A DNA stretch of 64,000 bases from an uncultured Methanosarcinales archaeon (GTDB lineage Archaea > Nanobdellota > Nanobdellia > Woesearchaeales > GW2011-AR9): the NCBI GenBank assembly GCA_964460605.1, contig CAYWPT010000001.1, forward strand, positions 33,548-97,547, written 5' to 3'. Positions 50,962 through 60,313 of this stretch are shown here, piece by piece. The notes below the pieces were generated by a model. That model saw nothing but the letters and a program-made list of their open reading frames with translations. It was not told the origin of the DNA and ran no database searches. Every line of letters starts with the position of its first letter. The stretch's first letter is position 1. Made by a program: the position numbers and the translations under genes.

Positions 50962-52742
50962 TATTCTTTACCTCCATGTGTCTTTATTTTAAATGGTTTG
51001 AATGGGTGACCTTCTCCATCGTAGAAGAAGGAAAAAAATTCTACATAATGTAACCTAGCTGCGTGAATACTGCAACCCAAAATGTTCAATGCGAAATTGA
51101 AGGTGTGCCCAAAAATGATGATTAAAATGCTTAAAAGTAAACCTGGGATCCCAAAAGCTAATGTTTTTTCTGCCATTACATTAACCGCCAAAGCTACTCC
51201 ACTTGTCGCTAAAGAGAGTGCTAATAATCTTGCATAAGAGAACCAGGTGCCAAAATAGCCACTAATATCCATGATACCAAAAATTGATTTTTCTTTGAGT
51301 AAAATAAGCACCGCTAAAGTAACAGTAATAATTGAAACAAAAGTTTGTTCTAAATATATTGCAAGCACAGCTATTTGTACTAAAGGGAATGGTGCTACTT
51401 TAATGAAAACCTCTTCTAAACCCTTTTTATTAGCAAACATTTGATAGATATTTAATCCTACAGCTAAATTCAAATGAATGAGTCCGATAATTAAGCTTGC
51501 AATAAGGATGGTGAATGATGCACTGAAACTATCGGTGTAGAGTGCAGGGATCTGTACAAGGTTCCCAAAAAATGAGCCGAAAATGAATCCGAAGAACATT
51601 GAAGAGAGTGCTGACCAGAAAAATATTTTTCTTGCGATAGCTGATTCTTCTCCAAATTTATATTTAAGAAGTGCAACTAAAGCTAAAAGTGCAATCCCGT
51701 AACCCACATCACTGAGCATAATCCCGAAAAAGAATGGGAAGAAAAAAGAGATTAATAATGTTGGGTCCACTGCCCGATAACTTGGCATTGCAAACAATTT
51801 TGTAATCAATTCATAAGTTTTTGAATAAGAGTTGTTACTTAATTTCGTAGGAGCATTTTTTACTGAAGGCCTTGCAGTAATCATTAACTCTGGAAGAGCT
51901 TGTTTTACTTTCTTGATATCTTTACCTTCAATGTAGCCTTCTAAAGCAAAAAGATGTTTACTTTGTTTGAATAAACTTGAAACTTTGGCTTGCTCATAAT
52001 AATTTTCTAAAACTGCTGTAAAAAAAGCTAATTTGCTTTCCTTTCCATTTAACTTTTTGAATAGTTCTTTTTCTAATTCTTTTTGTTTCCTCTTTCCTTC
52101 ATTAAGTAAAAGTTTAAGTTTATTTTTCTCATAAATGCTTGATCCTAATACGAAAGAAACATCAATCATTTTGAGAGGACTTTCTTTAATGTATTTGAGA
52201 AATTTTTCCTCTTGCTTTTGAGCAATAGTGATAGCATAATAATGTGTTTTCTTTTTGAAAATGTGTCTGATATCTGCTGAAAAGTTGATATTAATATTTT
52301 TTTGACTTTTGAAAATGAATAATTTAAGCTTTTTTGATTGTGGAATCTTAAAGGAGAAAGGAATTTTGTTTAAGCTTAAAAGTTGGCCATGTTTTTCTTT
52401 AAGATAGGCTTCTAAATCTTTTTTCTCTTCAGTGATTGATTTTACCTTACTCAAATGTCTGTCAATAAAGTCTTGAGCTTGTGTTTTAACTTTCTCATAA
52501 TCTGGAAGACCTTCTAAGTGAAAATCCTTTTTGAGATTTCCTTGTTCCATTAAGAAATTTAAATGTAAAAGTAATTTAGAAATTTCATCGATTTCTGGGA
52601 GTACCGTATCATTAGTGAAAGGTTGCGGTAAATCTGCTTTTCTTAAGTGTAAAACACCTAAGTGCTGAAGCTGCGCAATAATATCTTTTTTGTCCTCTTT
52701 CTTACCAAGAATCCTTAGTACATGTAGTCGTTTTGTGAGCAT
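50961..52742 (-). CDS. atpI: A/V-type ATP synthase subunit I/a
   Basis: DPT, FFGIMLSDVGYG, SYARLLAL, RLHYVEFF. Confidence 0.96.
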   Translation of the reverse strand: MLTKRLHVLRILGKKEDKKDIIAQLQHLGVLHLRKADLPQPFTNDTVLPEIDEISKLLLHLNFLMEQGNLKKDFHLEGLPDYEKVKTQAQDFIDRHLSKVKSITEEKKDLEAYLKEKHGQLLSLNKIPFSFKIPQSKKLKLFIFKSQKNININFSADIRHIFKKKTHYYAITIAQKQEEKFLKYIKESPLKMIDVSFVLGSSIYEKNKLKLLLNEGKRKQKELEKELFKKLNGKESKLAFFTAVLENYYEQAKVSSLFKQSKHLFALEGYIEGKDIKKVKQALPELMITARPSVKNAPTKLSNNSYSKTYELITKLFAMPSYRAVDPTLLISFFFPFFFGIMLSDVGYGIALLALVALLKYKFGEESAIARKIFFWSALSSMFFGFIFGSFFGNLVQIPALYTDSFSASFTILIASLIIGLIHLNLAVGLNIYQMFANKKGLEEVFIKVAPFPLVQIAVLAIYLEQTFVSIITVTLAVLILLKEKSIFGIMDISGYFGTWFSYARLLALSLATSGVALAVNVMAEKTLAFGIPGLLLSILIIIFGHTFNFALNILGCSIHAARLHYVEFFSFFYDGEGHPFKPFKIKTHGGKE

Positions 52743-52749
52743 TACCTGT

Positions 52750-53061
52750 TTACACCATGTTCTTTAATACTTCGGGGAAGATATCTTTGCTCACGGAGTT
52801 AACATCCACATTGTTTAACCATTGTTTTCTTAATTGAGCATCTTGTTCAAGCTCATTAATCCGATTCGCTGCCTCTTGAAGGAAAGCCTTTTTCTTGTTT
52901 TCAGCTTCCTTCTGCGCATCCTTTAGAATAGAATTGTATTCTTCTTCAGCCTCTGTTTTGGCTTTAATAACTATTTTTTCTGCCTTTTTTTGAGCAGATT
53001 TTAACCTTGTTTCCCATAATTCTTCTAAAGCTGCTAAAACTTCAATATTTCTCTCTTCCAT
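52750..53061 (-). CDS. atpH: A/V-type ATP synthase subunit H/G
   Basis: 103-aa Ala/Glu/Lys helix, first gene of the operon. Confidence 0.75.
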   Translation of the reverse strand: MEERNIEVLAALEELWETRLKSAQKKAEKIVIKAKTEAEEEYNSILKDAQKEAENKKKAFLQEAANRINELEQDAQLRKQWLNNVDVNSVSKDIFPEVLKNMV

Positions 53062-53103
53062 TTACTCTGGGGTGATGTGTTCCCTTTAAAAAGTTAATGG
53101 ATT

Positions 53104-54660
53104 TCAAGGCTTTATTTTTCCGAAAATCTTGCGAGATTTCCAAAATCCTAGGATTTTTACGGCTGTCAGGGTTCCTGCGAAAAGTGCTCCTGCAACACCT
53201 GCTGTAAGAATGTCTTGTCCGCTGAGATAGAGATTTTTAATATGAGTTTGTGGTTTTAGGTTCTGATTGTTGAGTCTTTTGCTAGAATGTTGTAATCCAT
53301 AAATTTCTCCTTGATTATATTTTGAGAAATATTTTGTACTCAGTGGTGTTGAGAGCTCATAGTGTGTGATATTATCTTTTGTTTGAGGGTGATGTTTGTA
53401 GAGGGTTTCTAAAAGTCTTTGGCTTAATTGTTCTTTGAGGGCTTCATAGTCTTCTGGCCTGTGTTTCCATTCAGAATCTTCCCACTTTTTGAAAAATTGG
53501 TAATTGATAGGTACAATAATTTCTATAGTAGATTTGTTAGGGTATTGTATATCCCATTGTGGATCTTTTGTTGATGGGAATGAAATGTAAGTTACTGGGA
53601 ATGGTTGGGTTATGTCTTTTTGTGCTTTTTCGTAGAGTTCATCGAAGTTTTCGTTATCATATATCCATAAGTTGCTTTGTTTTAGGTTTAATTCTTCTTT
53701 TGATTTGTTTAAACCAATGTAAAGACACAAATGTGCTGGTGATGCTTCTAAGGTTTCTGTATTTGGTATAGGCGTTCTTATGAGTTTGTTTGTGTTATGT
53801 AGTCCTACTGTTGAGATAACTCTTTTTGCTTTGATTTTTTTATTTTCTAGTTGTATTCCAAATGCTTTGTTGTTTGAAACTAGTATTCTGTAGACTTGCG
53901 CTCTGGTAACTACTTGTCCACCGTGTTTTTCAATAGTCTTAGTAATTTGTCTTGCAATTTGTGATGCTCCACCAACCGGATAATATGCTCCTTCAAAATA
54001 ATGTGATGTGACCATGGAATGGATAGCTAGGTTTGATTTTTTTGGTGGGAGACCATAGTCACCCCATTGGCCTGTTAAAACCGCTATAAGGGTTTCATTT
54101 TTTGTTAATTTTTTGAGTGTTTCATAAGTGTTTAAGTTGTTGAAATACTTTGCATCTTTTGTAAGGTGCTTGTTTAGAAATTTAGGGAGGATTTTTGCTA
54201 AAAAATTATCTTTTCTTGTTGTCTGGGCTAATTCTAATAATTGAAAATATTTGTTTACTGCTTGTTCTTCTTGAGGGAAGTTTTTTTTGAGTTCTTGCTT
54301 AAGGTTTTCTTTTCCTTTGATGTATTTGTAATGTTTGTTGTTGATTATGATAGTGTCGTAGTTGTCTTCTAAAAGGTTCCATTTGATTTGCTTTTCTGAG
54401 ATGTAGTCAAACATTTTTCTAAAAGGTGAATCTTTTTGTAAGTTACCTAAATAGTGTAATCCTACATCCCATTCAAAACCTCTTCTTCTAAAAGTATGTG
54501 TGAATCCTCCTGCTGTGTGGTGTTGTTCTAATACGAGAACTTTTTGTTTGTGTTGTGCGAGAATGGATGCTACGGTAAGTCCGGAAATTCCAGAACCAAT
54601 GATGATAGCATCGTAGTGATCTTTTAATTCTGCTTTGTTTAATGGAGTTCCAATGAGCAT
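53104..54660 (-). CDS. Phytoene desaturase / retinol saturase-family FAD oxidoreductase
   Basis: IGSGISGL, GG.THTF, WDVGLHY, YYPVGG, ELSTPLST, LYLSGQD. Confidence 0.9.
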   Translation of the reverse strand: MLIGTPLNKAELKDHYDAIIIGSGISGLTVASILAQHKQKVLVLEQHHTAGGFTHTFRRRGFEWDVGLHYLGNLQKDSPFRKMFDYISEKQIKWNLLEDNYDTIIINNKHYKYIKGKENLKQELKKNFPQEEQAVNKYFQLLELAQTTRKDNFLAKILPKFLNKHLTKDAKYFNNLNTYETLKKLTKNETLIAVLTGQWGDYGLPPKKSNLAIHSMVTSHYFEGAYYPVGGASQIARQITKTIEKHGGQVVTRAQVYRILVSNNKAFGIQLENKKIKAKRVISTVGLHNTNKLIRTPIPNTETLEASPAHLCLYIGLNKSKEELNLKQSNLWIYDNENFDELYEKAQKDITQPFPVTYISFPSTKDPQWDIQYPNKSTIEIIVPINYQFFKKWEDSEWKHRPEDYEALKEQLSQRLLETLYKHHPQTKDNITHYELSTPLSTKYFSKYNQGEIYGLQHSSKRLNNQNLKPQTHIKNLYLSGQDILTAGVAGALFAGTLTAVKILGFWKSRKIFGKIKP

Positions 54661-54743
54661 ATGTTTTTGTATTGATGGTAGTTAATAAGAATTTGCTGTT
54701 TTTAGTAGAAGTTTTTTTAAAATATATTTAGAATTGAGTTTAT

Positions 54744-55106
54744 ATGGATGATTTAAGAGAAATTGCACTGATGACTTCGAGAGAGTTTGCATCGTATCTA
54801 AGTGCTCATGAAACTAATAGAGTTGCCTTTTGTAGAGAACACCATCCAAAATTTGGAATAAGTCGATCAAGTTTACAAATTATTCTCAGAAATCTTGAAC
54901 AGGGACACGCATATACATATTTACCAAAGGGAAATGGCCAGAATGGTCCACGCCATAGTAGGAGCAGCCCAAAAGAGAGAAAAATAAGACTAAAAAGGTT
55001 AGCAGTCCTTTATGAAACTCTAGGGCTTGAAAGTGATAATGAGTTGGTAGAAAAAGTTGCTGAGCGTTGGCCAGAGTTTAATGATTATTATTCTCAAGCA
55101 AAGTAG
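54744..55106 (+). CDS. Hypothetical protein (possible HTH)
   Basis: 120-aa ORF; GISRSSLQIILRNLE segment. Confidence 0.5.
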   Translation: MDDLREIALMTSREFASYLSAHETNRVAFCREHHPKFGISRSSLQIILRNLEQGHAYTYLPKGNGQNGPRHSRSSPKERKIRLKRLAVLYETLGLESDNELVEKVAERWPEFNDYYSQAK

Positions 55107-57198
55107 CTTTTTTTATCTTCAAGTAAGCTGAATTGTTATCTTCTACAATTTCTGCTTCTTCTATTTTGATTTCTTTTTTGAATAATGGGCAGTTTAAGGT
55201 TAATGATTCGAACTCTCCCCCTTCTCCGGCGATGTTTACTCCTAGGTCTTTGTTGAGTTGTTCTAGTTTGTTTACGTCTTCTTGTGTGATGACTTTGTTG
55301 AGCCAATCTTTATTGAGTCCTTCTGCTGCAACTACTGTTAAAATAATTTTGTAATTGTTACTTAGTACTTCTTGCATATGTTGTAGCTGAGATTTATGCC
55401 ATAATGGTGAAAATACTTTGAGGTTGAGGGATTCTGCGATTGCTTCTATTCGATCTCTTTGGTATCTTGAGAAAAGAGCACCAGTAACAATACCACCAAT
55501 ATTGTAATGCTCTTTTGCTTTTTGGATTGCTTTTTTTAGGTCTTCGAGTTCTTCTTCTTTGTTTCCCATTGTTGTTTGAGTGATAATAGGAATATCCATA
55601 GCTTCTGCTTGTAAGTCAGTTAATTCAGTTCCTGCAGTTTGAAACATGTAAGAAAAAGGGTTTTTGCTTTTCATAGTAATAAGACATGCTAATTGGTAAT
55701 TTTGCTCTTTCATGATTTGTGCAGCTCGTGTTGAGTCTTTTCCAGAAGAGAAGAGTACTCCTAATTTGAGATTGTGTTTTGGATAGAAGGTTCTCAGGTA
55801 TGCTGATTTGCTTGAAAAGTCATTTTGTTTTGCTAACTTTTGGATTGCACTATCGAATCTTGATCCATATTGTGCAGCTTTCTTTTTTCTCCAAGCGAAT
55901 TCTTTGCTGATTCCTTTTTCTTCAGCAATTTCTCTTAGAATGACTTTTCCAAAATCTTCGTTGAGTTTGTATTGTTCTGGAATTTTTAAAGCGTATTCTA
56001 CTAGTTCTTTATCTAAGAAAGGTAATCTTAATTCTAAGTTATTATCCATGGTTAAGACATCATCTCGATATAAGTCTCTTTCATAGATTTTTCTCAAACC
56101 AGCTAAGCATTCTTCATTAATATGATTTGCTTGTCTGTGCCTTTGATAGCCTGCGAAAATTTCCTCACTGCCTAAGCCTGAGAAGATGACTTTGTTTCCG
56201 TCTTTTTTAGCTGCTTGAGCTGCTAGGTAGAAGGTTAATGCAACGCCAACTTTTACTACGTTACTATCTTCAATTAAAGGGACAATGTGTTTGAGGTATT
56301 GAGGTATTTCTTCTTGTTTTATCTTAATTATCTTATGATTAAGCTTGAGTTCCTCTGCAACTTTGATTGCTGGCGCGAGATCTGCTGGTTCAGCATGTTC
56401 AGTATCTAAAACTGCAGTATAAGCTGTGAAATCTACTCCTTTTTCTTTGAGAGTCTTAGCTATGAATGTAGAGTCAATGCCTCCACTGAAAAGAAGAGCC
56501 ACTTGTTTTTCAGGTATACGTTTTTGGATTGCAGAATCTAATAATTCTTTAGTTTTAAGCTTAATTTCTTCTTTTTCTTGACTGTGTTCTGGTTTTGTTG
56601 TGAAGAAACCTTGTTCCTCTTTTTTGAGGGTTTTAGCTTGAGTATCGTAGTATAAAATAGTTCTTGGGTTTAATTCTTGGATATCAAGGTAATTTAAAGA
56701 TTCTAAGACTTTAGCTTCTGAGCTGAAAGCGAAAGTGTCTTTGTTCCATGAGAAATGAAGGGGTTTAACGCCGATAAGATCCCTTGCTAAGGCTATTGTA
56801 TTTCCTTTCCAGTAAGCGAAAGCGTAAACACCATCAAGTTCGTTTAATTTGTTTGTGTAGAACTTGTCTAAGAATTTAAGCAAAAGTTCAGCATCGTTTG
56901 TTGCTTCTAGTTGGTATTTTTCGGCTAATTCCTTCCAATTATAGATCTCGCAATTGGCAACTAAAGTTCCTTCTCCTTTGAGTGGTTGCGGGCTGTTTCC
57001 TACCACTGCATGCAAGGTGTGTCCTAGGATTGTGTTTCCACTCAATGTGTGTAATTCATTTGAACTTTTAGCTGTGATTATTTCAGTTCCGTTGGTGAGT
57101 CCACAGGCATCTTTTCCTCTGTTTTGTAATAAAGCTAAAGCTTCTTTTACTTCTTGTTTAGCTTTCTCTTTTCCAACAATACCAATGATTCCACACAT
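55078..57198 (-). CDS. Fusion of glutamine-hydrolysing asparagine synthase (AsnB) and diphthine--ammonia ligase (Dph6)
   Basis: MCGIIG, ARDLIGVKPL, SGGIDS, SGLGSEE, RLPFLD; then FSSGKDS, SYMF, GALFSRYQ, PLW, GEGGEFES. Confidence 0.9.
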   Translation of the reverse strand: MCGIIGIVGKEKAKQEVKEALALLQNRGKDACGLTNGTEIITAKSSNELHTLSGNTILGHTLHAVVGNSPQPLKGEGTLVANCEIYNWKELAEKYQLEATNDAELLLKFLDKFYTNKLNELDGVYAFAYWKGNTIALARDLIGVKPLHFSWNKDTFAFSSEAKVLESLNYLDIQELNPRTILYYDTQAKTLKKEEQGFFTTKPEHSQEKEEIKLKTKELLDSAIQKRIPEKQVALLFSGGIDSTFIAKTLKEKGVDFTAYTAVLDTEHAEPADLAPAIKVAEELKLNHKIIKIKQEEIPQYLKHIVPLIEDSNVVKVGVALTFYLAAQAAKKDGNKVIFSGLGSEEIFAGYQRHRQANHINEECLAGLRKIYERDLYRDDVLTMDNNLELRLPFLDKELVEYALKIPEQYKLNEDFGKVILREIAEEKGISKEFAWRKKKAAQYGSRFDSAIQKLAKQNDFSSKSAYLRTFYPKHNLKLGVLFSSGKDSTRAAQIMKEQNYQLACLITMKSKNPFSYMFQTAGTELTDLQAEAMDIPIITQTTMGNKEEELEDLKKAIQKAKEHYNIGGIVTGALFSRYQRDRIEAIAESLNLKVFSPLWHKSQLQHMQEVLSNNYKIILTVVAAEGLNKDWLNKVITQEDVNKLEQLNKDLGVNIAGEGGEFESLTLNCPLFKKEIKIEEAEIVEDNNSAYLKIKKATLLENNNH

Positions 57199-57221
57199 AA
57201 GTATGTTTTAGAGAATGGGTT

Positions 57222-57737
57222 TTATAAAAGTTTAGATAGGAATAATTCCCTAATCAAAAAAAAGATTATACTACTGATCACTGCAATAAAAACACCAATT
57301 AAAATCTTCTCAATTAACTCCTCCCTCTTGTTCTTAAGAGACTTCTTTGAAATTGGTTTTCCTTTTGAAAGGTTAATTAACTCACTCCTATCAGTAAAAT
57401 CGAAGGCATTGAGTTTTATCAACCTAAAAAGAACTGCGTTTTTCTTTCTTCCAAATTTTTTTGCTAAAAAAGGTATTGTTTTTCTTTCTGAGAATAATTT
57501 TAAAAGAAGTTTTGAGTCACTTTCAGGCCATATCCTTCCATGATTAATCGTATCTTTCTCTTCAGGAAAACCTAAGAAACCGCTTTTTATCAGCCTATAA
57601 GTGATTGCATCAAGATTTCTGTCTAATTTTTTTGCTATATGCTCAATTGATTTCCCCCCTTCATAGAGTTTTTTAAGTTTTAATAAATCCTGTTTGGACC
57701 ATGGCCTTCCTAAATTTTCTCTATTAACAATCCTCAT
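57222..57737 (-). CDS. Tandem Myb/SANT-like HTH repeat protein with C-terminal TM helix
   Basis: Repeats GRPWSKQD..IAKKLDRNLDAITYRL and GRIWPESD..LAKKFGRKKNAVLFRL; terminal hydrophobic helix. Confidence 0.7.
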   Translation of the reverse strand: MRIVNRENLGRPWSKQDLLKLKKLYEGGKSIEHIAKKLDRNLDAITYRLIKSGFLGFPEEKDTINHGRIWPESDSKLLLKLFSERKTIPFLAKKFGRKKNAVLFRLIKLNAFDFTDRSELINLSKGKPISKKSLKNKREELIEKILIGVFIAVISSIIFFLIRELFLSKLL

Positions 57738-57740
57738 CTT

Positions 57741-58838
57741 CTAATCCAAATGAACCTCAAGAACATCCTCATCAGCCAGTTTATGCCCAAGCATCAATTT
57801 CTGTCCTGGATGCTTAGCTGATTTACCCCAGACTCGAGCATACTTGAATCTTTTAGGAAAATCTCTATGTAACTTATTACACACATCTTTAATAGAAGCA
57901 GGTTTAGGAATAATTAAAGGCTCTTTCATGTCAGCTTCTTTACGAGGTTCTTTCAAATAGATCCGCATGAAATTCATTTTATCAAAAATCATATCTTTCA
58001 ATTTTACAATATTGATATCTTCATGAGCTGAAATTGCAATATCAGCTTTTATCTTCTTAGTTACACGACGTAATTCAGCTTTTGATACTAAATCACACTT
58101 AGATAAACAAATAATAGCCGGTAGATACTTTTTATTTCCTTCAATACAATCAATAAAATCATCAACATCTATTTTACTACGAATCAAAACTTCAGCATTG
58201 TTAATACGAAATTCCTGCAAAACTCTTTTCAAAGTATCATCAGGCACATCTAATCGAACAGTTTTACCAATTAATAAGCCACCCTTACCTTTTTTCTTGA
58301 TAAACACTTCTGGCTTGCGCTTATTAATACGAATTCCAGAAATGCGAATCTCCTTAAGCAAAGCTTCATAATGTACAGGAGTTGTTACATCAACTACCAT
58401 TAATACTAAATCTGCATTTCTAATTACAGCTAATACTTCTTTCCCTCTACCTTTTCCTGTAGCTGCTCCTTCAACAATACCTGGAACATCTAAAATTTGA
58501 ATTTTAGCTAACTTATGGTTCAACATACCCGGAACAACAGAGAGAGTTGTAAAAGCATAAGCACCAACTTCTGATTCTGTACCAGCCAATTTATTCAATA
58601 AAGTACTTTTACCAGCTGATGGGAAACCTAATAACAAGACAGTACCATCACCAGATTTACGTACTGAATATCCGTGATCTGAAGAACCTGTTTTTTTAGA
58701 AGTACGTGTAGCTTCCTTTTCTCTAAGAATAGCGATCTTAGCTTTCACTAAACCAATGTGATGTTGGGTCGCCTTATTGTACTTAGTTTTCTTGATCTCG
58801 TCTTCGAGCTCTTTGATTCGCTCTTTGTTTGAAGCCAT
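57741..58838 (-). CDS. DRG/Rbg1-family GTPase with TGS domain
   Basis: NKATQHHIG, GFPSAGKST, YAFTT, DVPG, VWGKSAKHPGQ; start ATG 58838. Confidence 0.95.
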   Translation of the reverse strand: MASNKERIKELEDEIKKTKYNKATQHHIGLVKAKIAILREKEATRTSKKTGSSDHGYSVRKSGDGTVLLLGFPSAGKSTLLNKLAGTESEVGAYAFTTLSVVPGMLNHKLAKIQILDVPGIVEGAATGKGRGKEVLAVIRNADLVLMVVDVTTPVHYEALLKEIRISGIRINKRKPEVFIKKKGKGGLLIGKTVRLDVPDDTLKRVLQEFRINNAEVLIRSKIDVDDFIDCIEGNKKYLPAIICLSKCDLVSKAELRRVTKKIKADIAISAHEDINIVKLKDMIFDKMNFMRIYLKEPRKEADMKEPLIIPKPASIKDVCNKLHRDFPKRFKYARVWGKSAKHPGQKLMLGHKLADEDVLEVHLD

Positions 58839-58860
58839 AATATTTACCTGTAAATGTGGT

Positions 58861-58891
58861 GGGTTCCAGAAATCAAAGATTTCTGATAGCC
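58861..58891. repeat. Palindromic ~30-bp element, copy in the DRG leader
   Basis: gggttccagaaatc-aaa-gatttctgatagcc. Confidence 0.8.
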
Positions 58892-58987
58892 ATTTAGGTA
58901 TAAACACCCAATCCCTCTTAAAAAGCTTTAGGTTAATTATGTGATTGGTAAGATATATAAACAAGAAAACAATTATTCTAGGCGGAG

Positions 58988-60274
58988 ATGGCAGATTATG
59001 TTACATTGAGTCTATTAGGTATTAGTTTAATTCTCCTATTCGGATTCTTCTCAGAATTTGTATTTAGAAGGTTCGGAATTCCGGATGTATTATTCTTAAT
59101 TGCACTAGGTTTTGGATTAGGTCCTTATGCATTAAAGTACCTCTCTCCAGATCAGTTTGCAGGAGCTGCACCCATTTTTACCACTTTCACCTTACTCTTT
59201 TTATTATTCGATGGTGCCTTTAACATAAATCTAAAATCTTTGATACGAGAATTTTCTCATTCTTTCTTACTAACAACTTTTAATTTTGTTATCTCTTCAT
59301 TACTCATTGCAGGGATTATGTATTTTTTTCAATTTCCAATTTCATCAGCACTCTTCACAGGTTTTGCATTAGGTGGTGTTTCTTCAGCTTTCGTGATACC
59401 AGTATTACAAGGAATGGATGTAAAAGGAAAGATTTATTCTCTCTTAGCTTTAGAATCTGCATTAACAGATGTTTTTTGTATCGTTTTTGCAATCACTGTT
59501 ATTGAAGTGATTCAATTAGGAACCTTGAGTGCGCAAACATTATTTTCATCAATCGTTTCTTTATTCGCTATTGCAATGCTCATCGGAGTTATTGCAGGAA
59601 TTTTATGGATCATATTAGTACTCAAAGTTTTCAAAGAACACAATTATATGATGACTATCGCTTTTCTTATCTTAATCTATGTGGTTACACAATTCCTAGG
59701 TGGGAACGGAGCGATCGCAACTTTATTCTTTGGTTTAATGTTGAACAACTCAAAACAACTCACGCATCTTACCAAAGAAATCTCTGGTGAAAATAATAAG
59801 AAGAAAACTAAAAAACAAAGGAAAGAAGATGCACCTACAAGCGTTACTACAAAGAACGAACAATTCTTTTACAGACAAATTTCATTTTTCTTAAAAACAT
59901 TCTTTTTCGTGTACATTGGAATTTTAATTGATCTGAGCGATATGAAAGCTTTAATGATTGGTATTATTCTCTCCTTCATTTTAATGGGAGCAAGATATGC
60001 ATCATTTATTCTTACCAAAGAGTTTGAATCCTTTAACAGAAAATTAGTAAATGTGATTTTCGCTAGAGGTTTAGCTGCAGCAGCTATCGCTCAAATTGCA
60101 ATCTCTAACGGAATTGCTGGCGCTGACTTTATAGCGAAGGTGATTTATGTAACTATTACTGGAACAATTATCTTAAGTTCACTGAGCGTATTTGTTATTA
60201 AAGTTCAAAAAAATAAAGCTGATTTATTAGTTAAAGCTCCTAAAAGAAAAAAAGGGGAAAAAACACTTTCTTAG
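58988..60274 (+). CDS. Cation/proton antiporter (CPA1, NhaP-like)
   Basis: About 12 TMs, LLFDG, ESALTD, ARGLAAA. Confidence 0.9.
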   Translation: MADYVTLSLLGISLILLFGFFSEFVFRRFGIPDVLFLIALGFGLGPYALKYLSPDQFAGAAPIFTTFTLLFLLFDGAFNINLKSLIREFSHSFLLTTFNFVISSLLIAGIMYFFQFPISSALFTGFALGGVSSAFVIPVLQGMDVKGKIYSLLALESALTDVFCIVFAITVIEVIQLGTLSAQTLFSSIVSLFAIAMLIGVIAGILWIILVLKVFKEHNYMMTIAFLILIYVVTQFLGGNGAIATLFFGLMLNNSKQLTHLTKEISGENNKKKTKKQRKEDAPTSVTTKNEQFFYRQISFFLKTFFFVYIGILIDLSDMKALMIGIILSFILMGARYASFILTKEFESFNRKLVNVIFARGLAAAAIAQIAISNGIAGADFIAKVIYVTITGTIILSSLSVFVIKVQKNKADLLVKAPKRKKGEKTLS

Positions 60275-60313
60275 ATGCAAAAGATTTAAAAGACTCAAGA
60301 TAGATATAAGCTT

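Noticed and set aside
55082..55096. Fur-box-like TGATTATTATTCTCA
   Set aside because: It lies in the overlap of two convergent 3' ends, not at a promoter, and is explained by Asn codons
5105..58964. Long N-terminal extensions in the ORF track for the ABC ATPase, ScpB, MTH1 and DRG
   Set aside because: They overlap neighbouring genes or promoters; downstream starts fit the protein families and TATA/RBS spacing better
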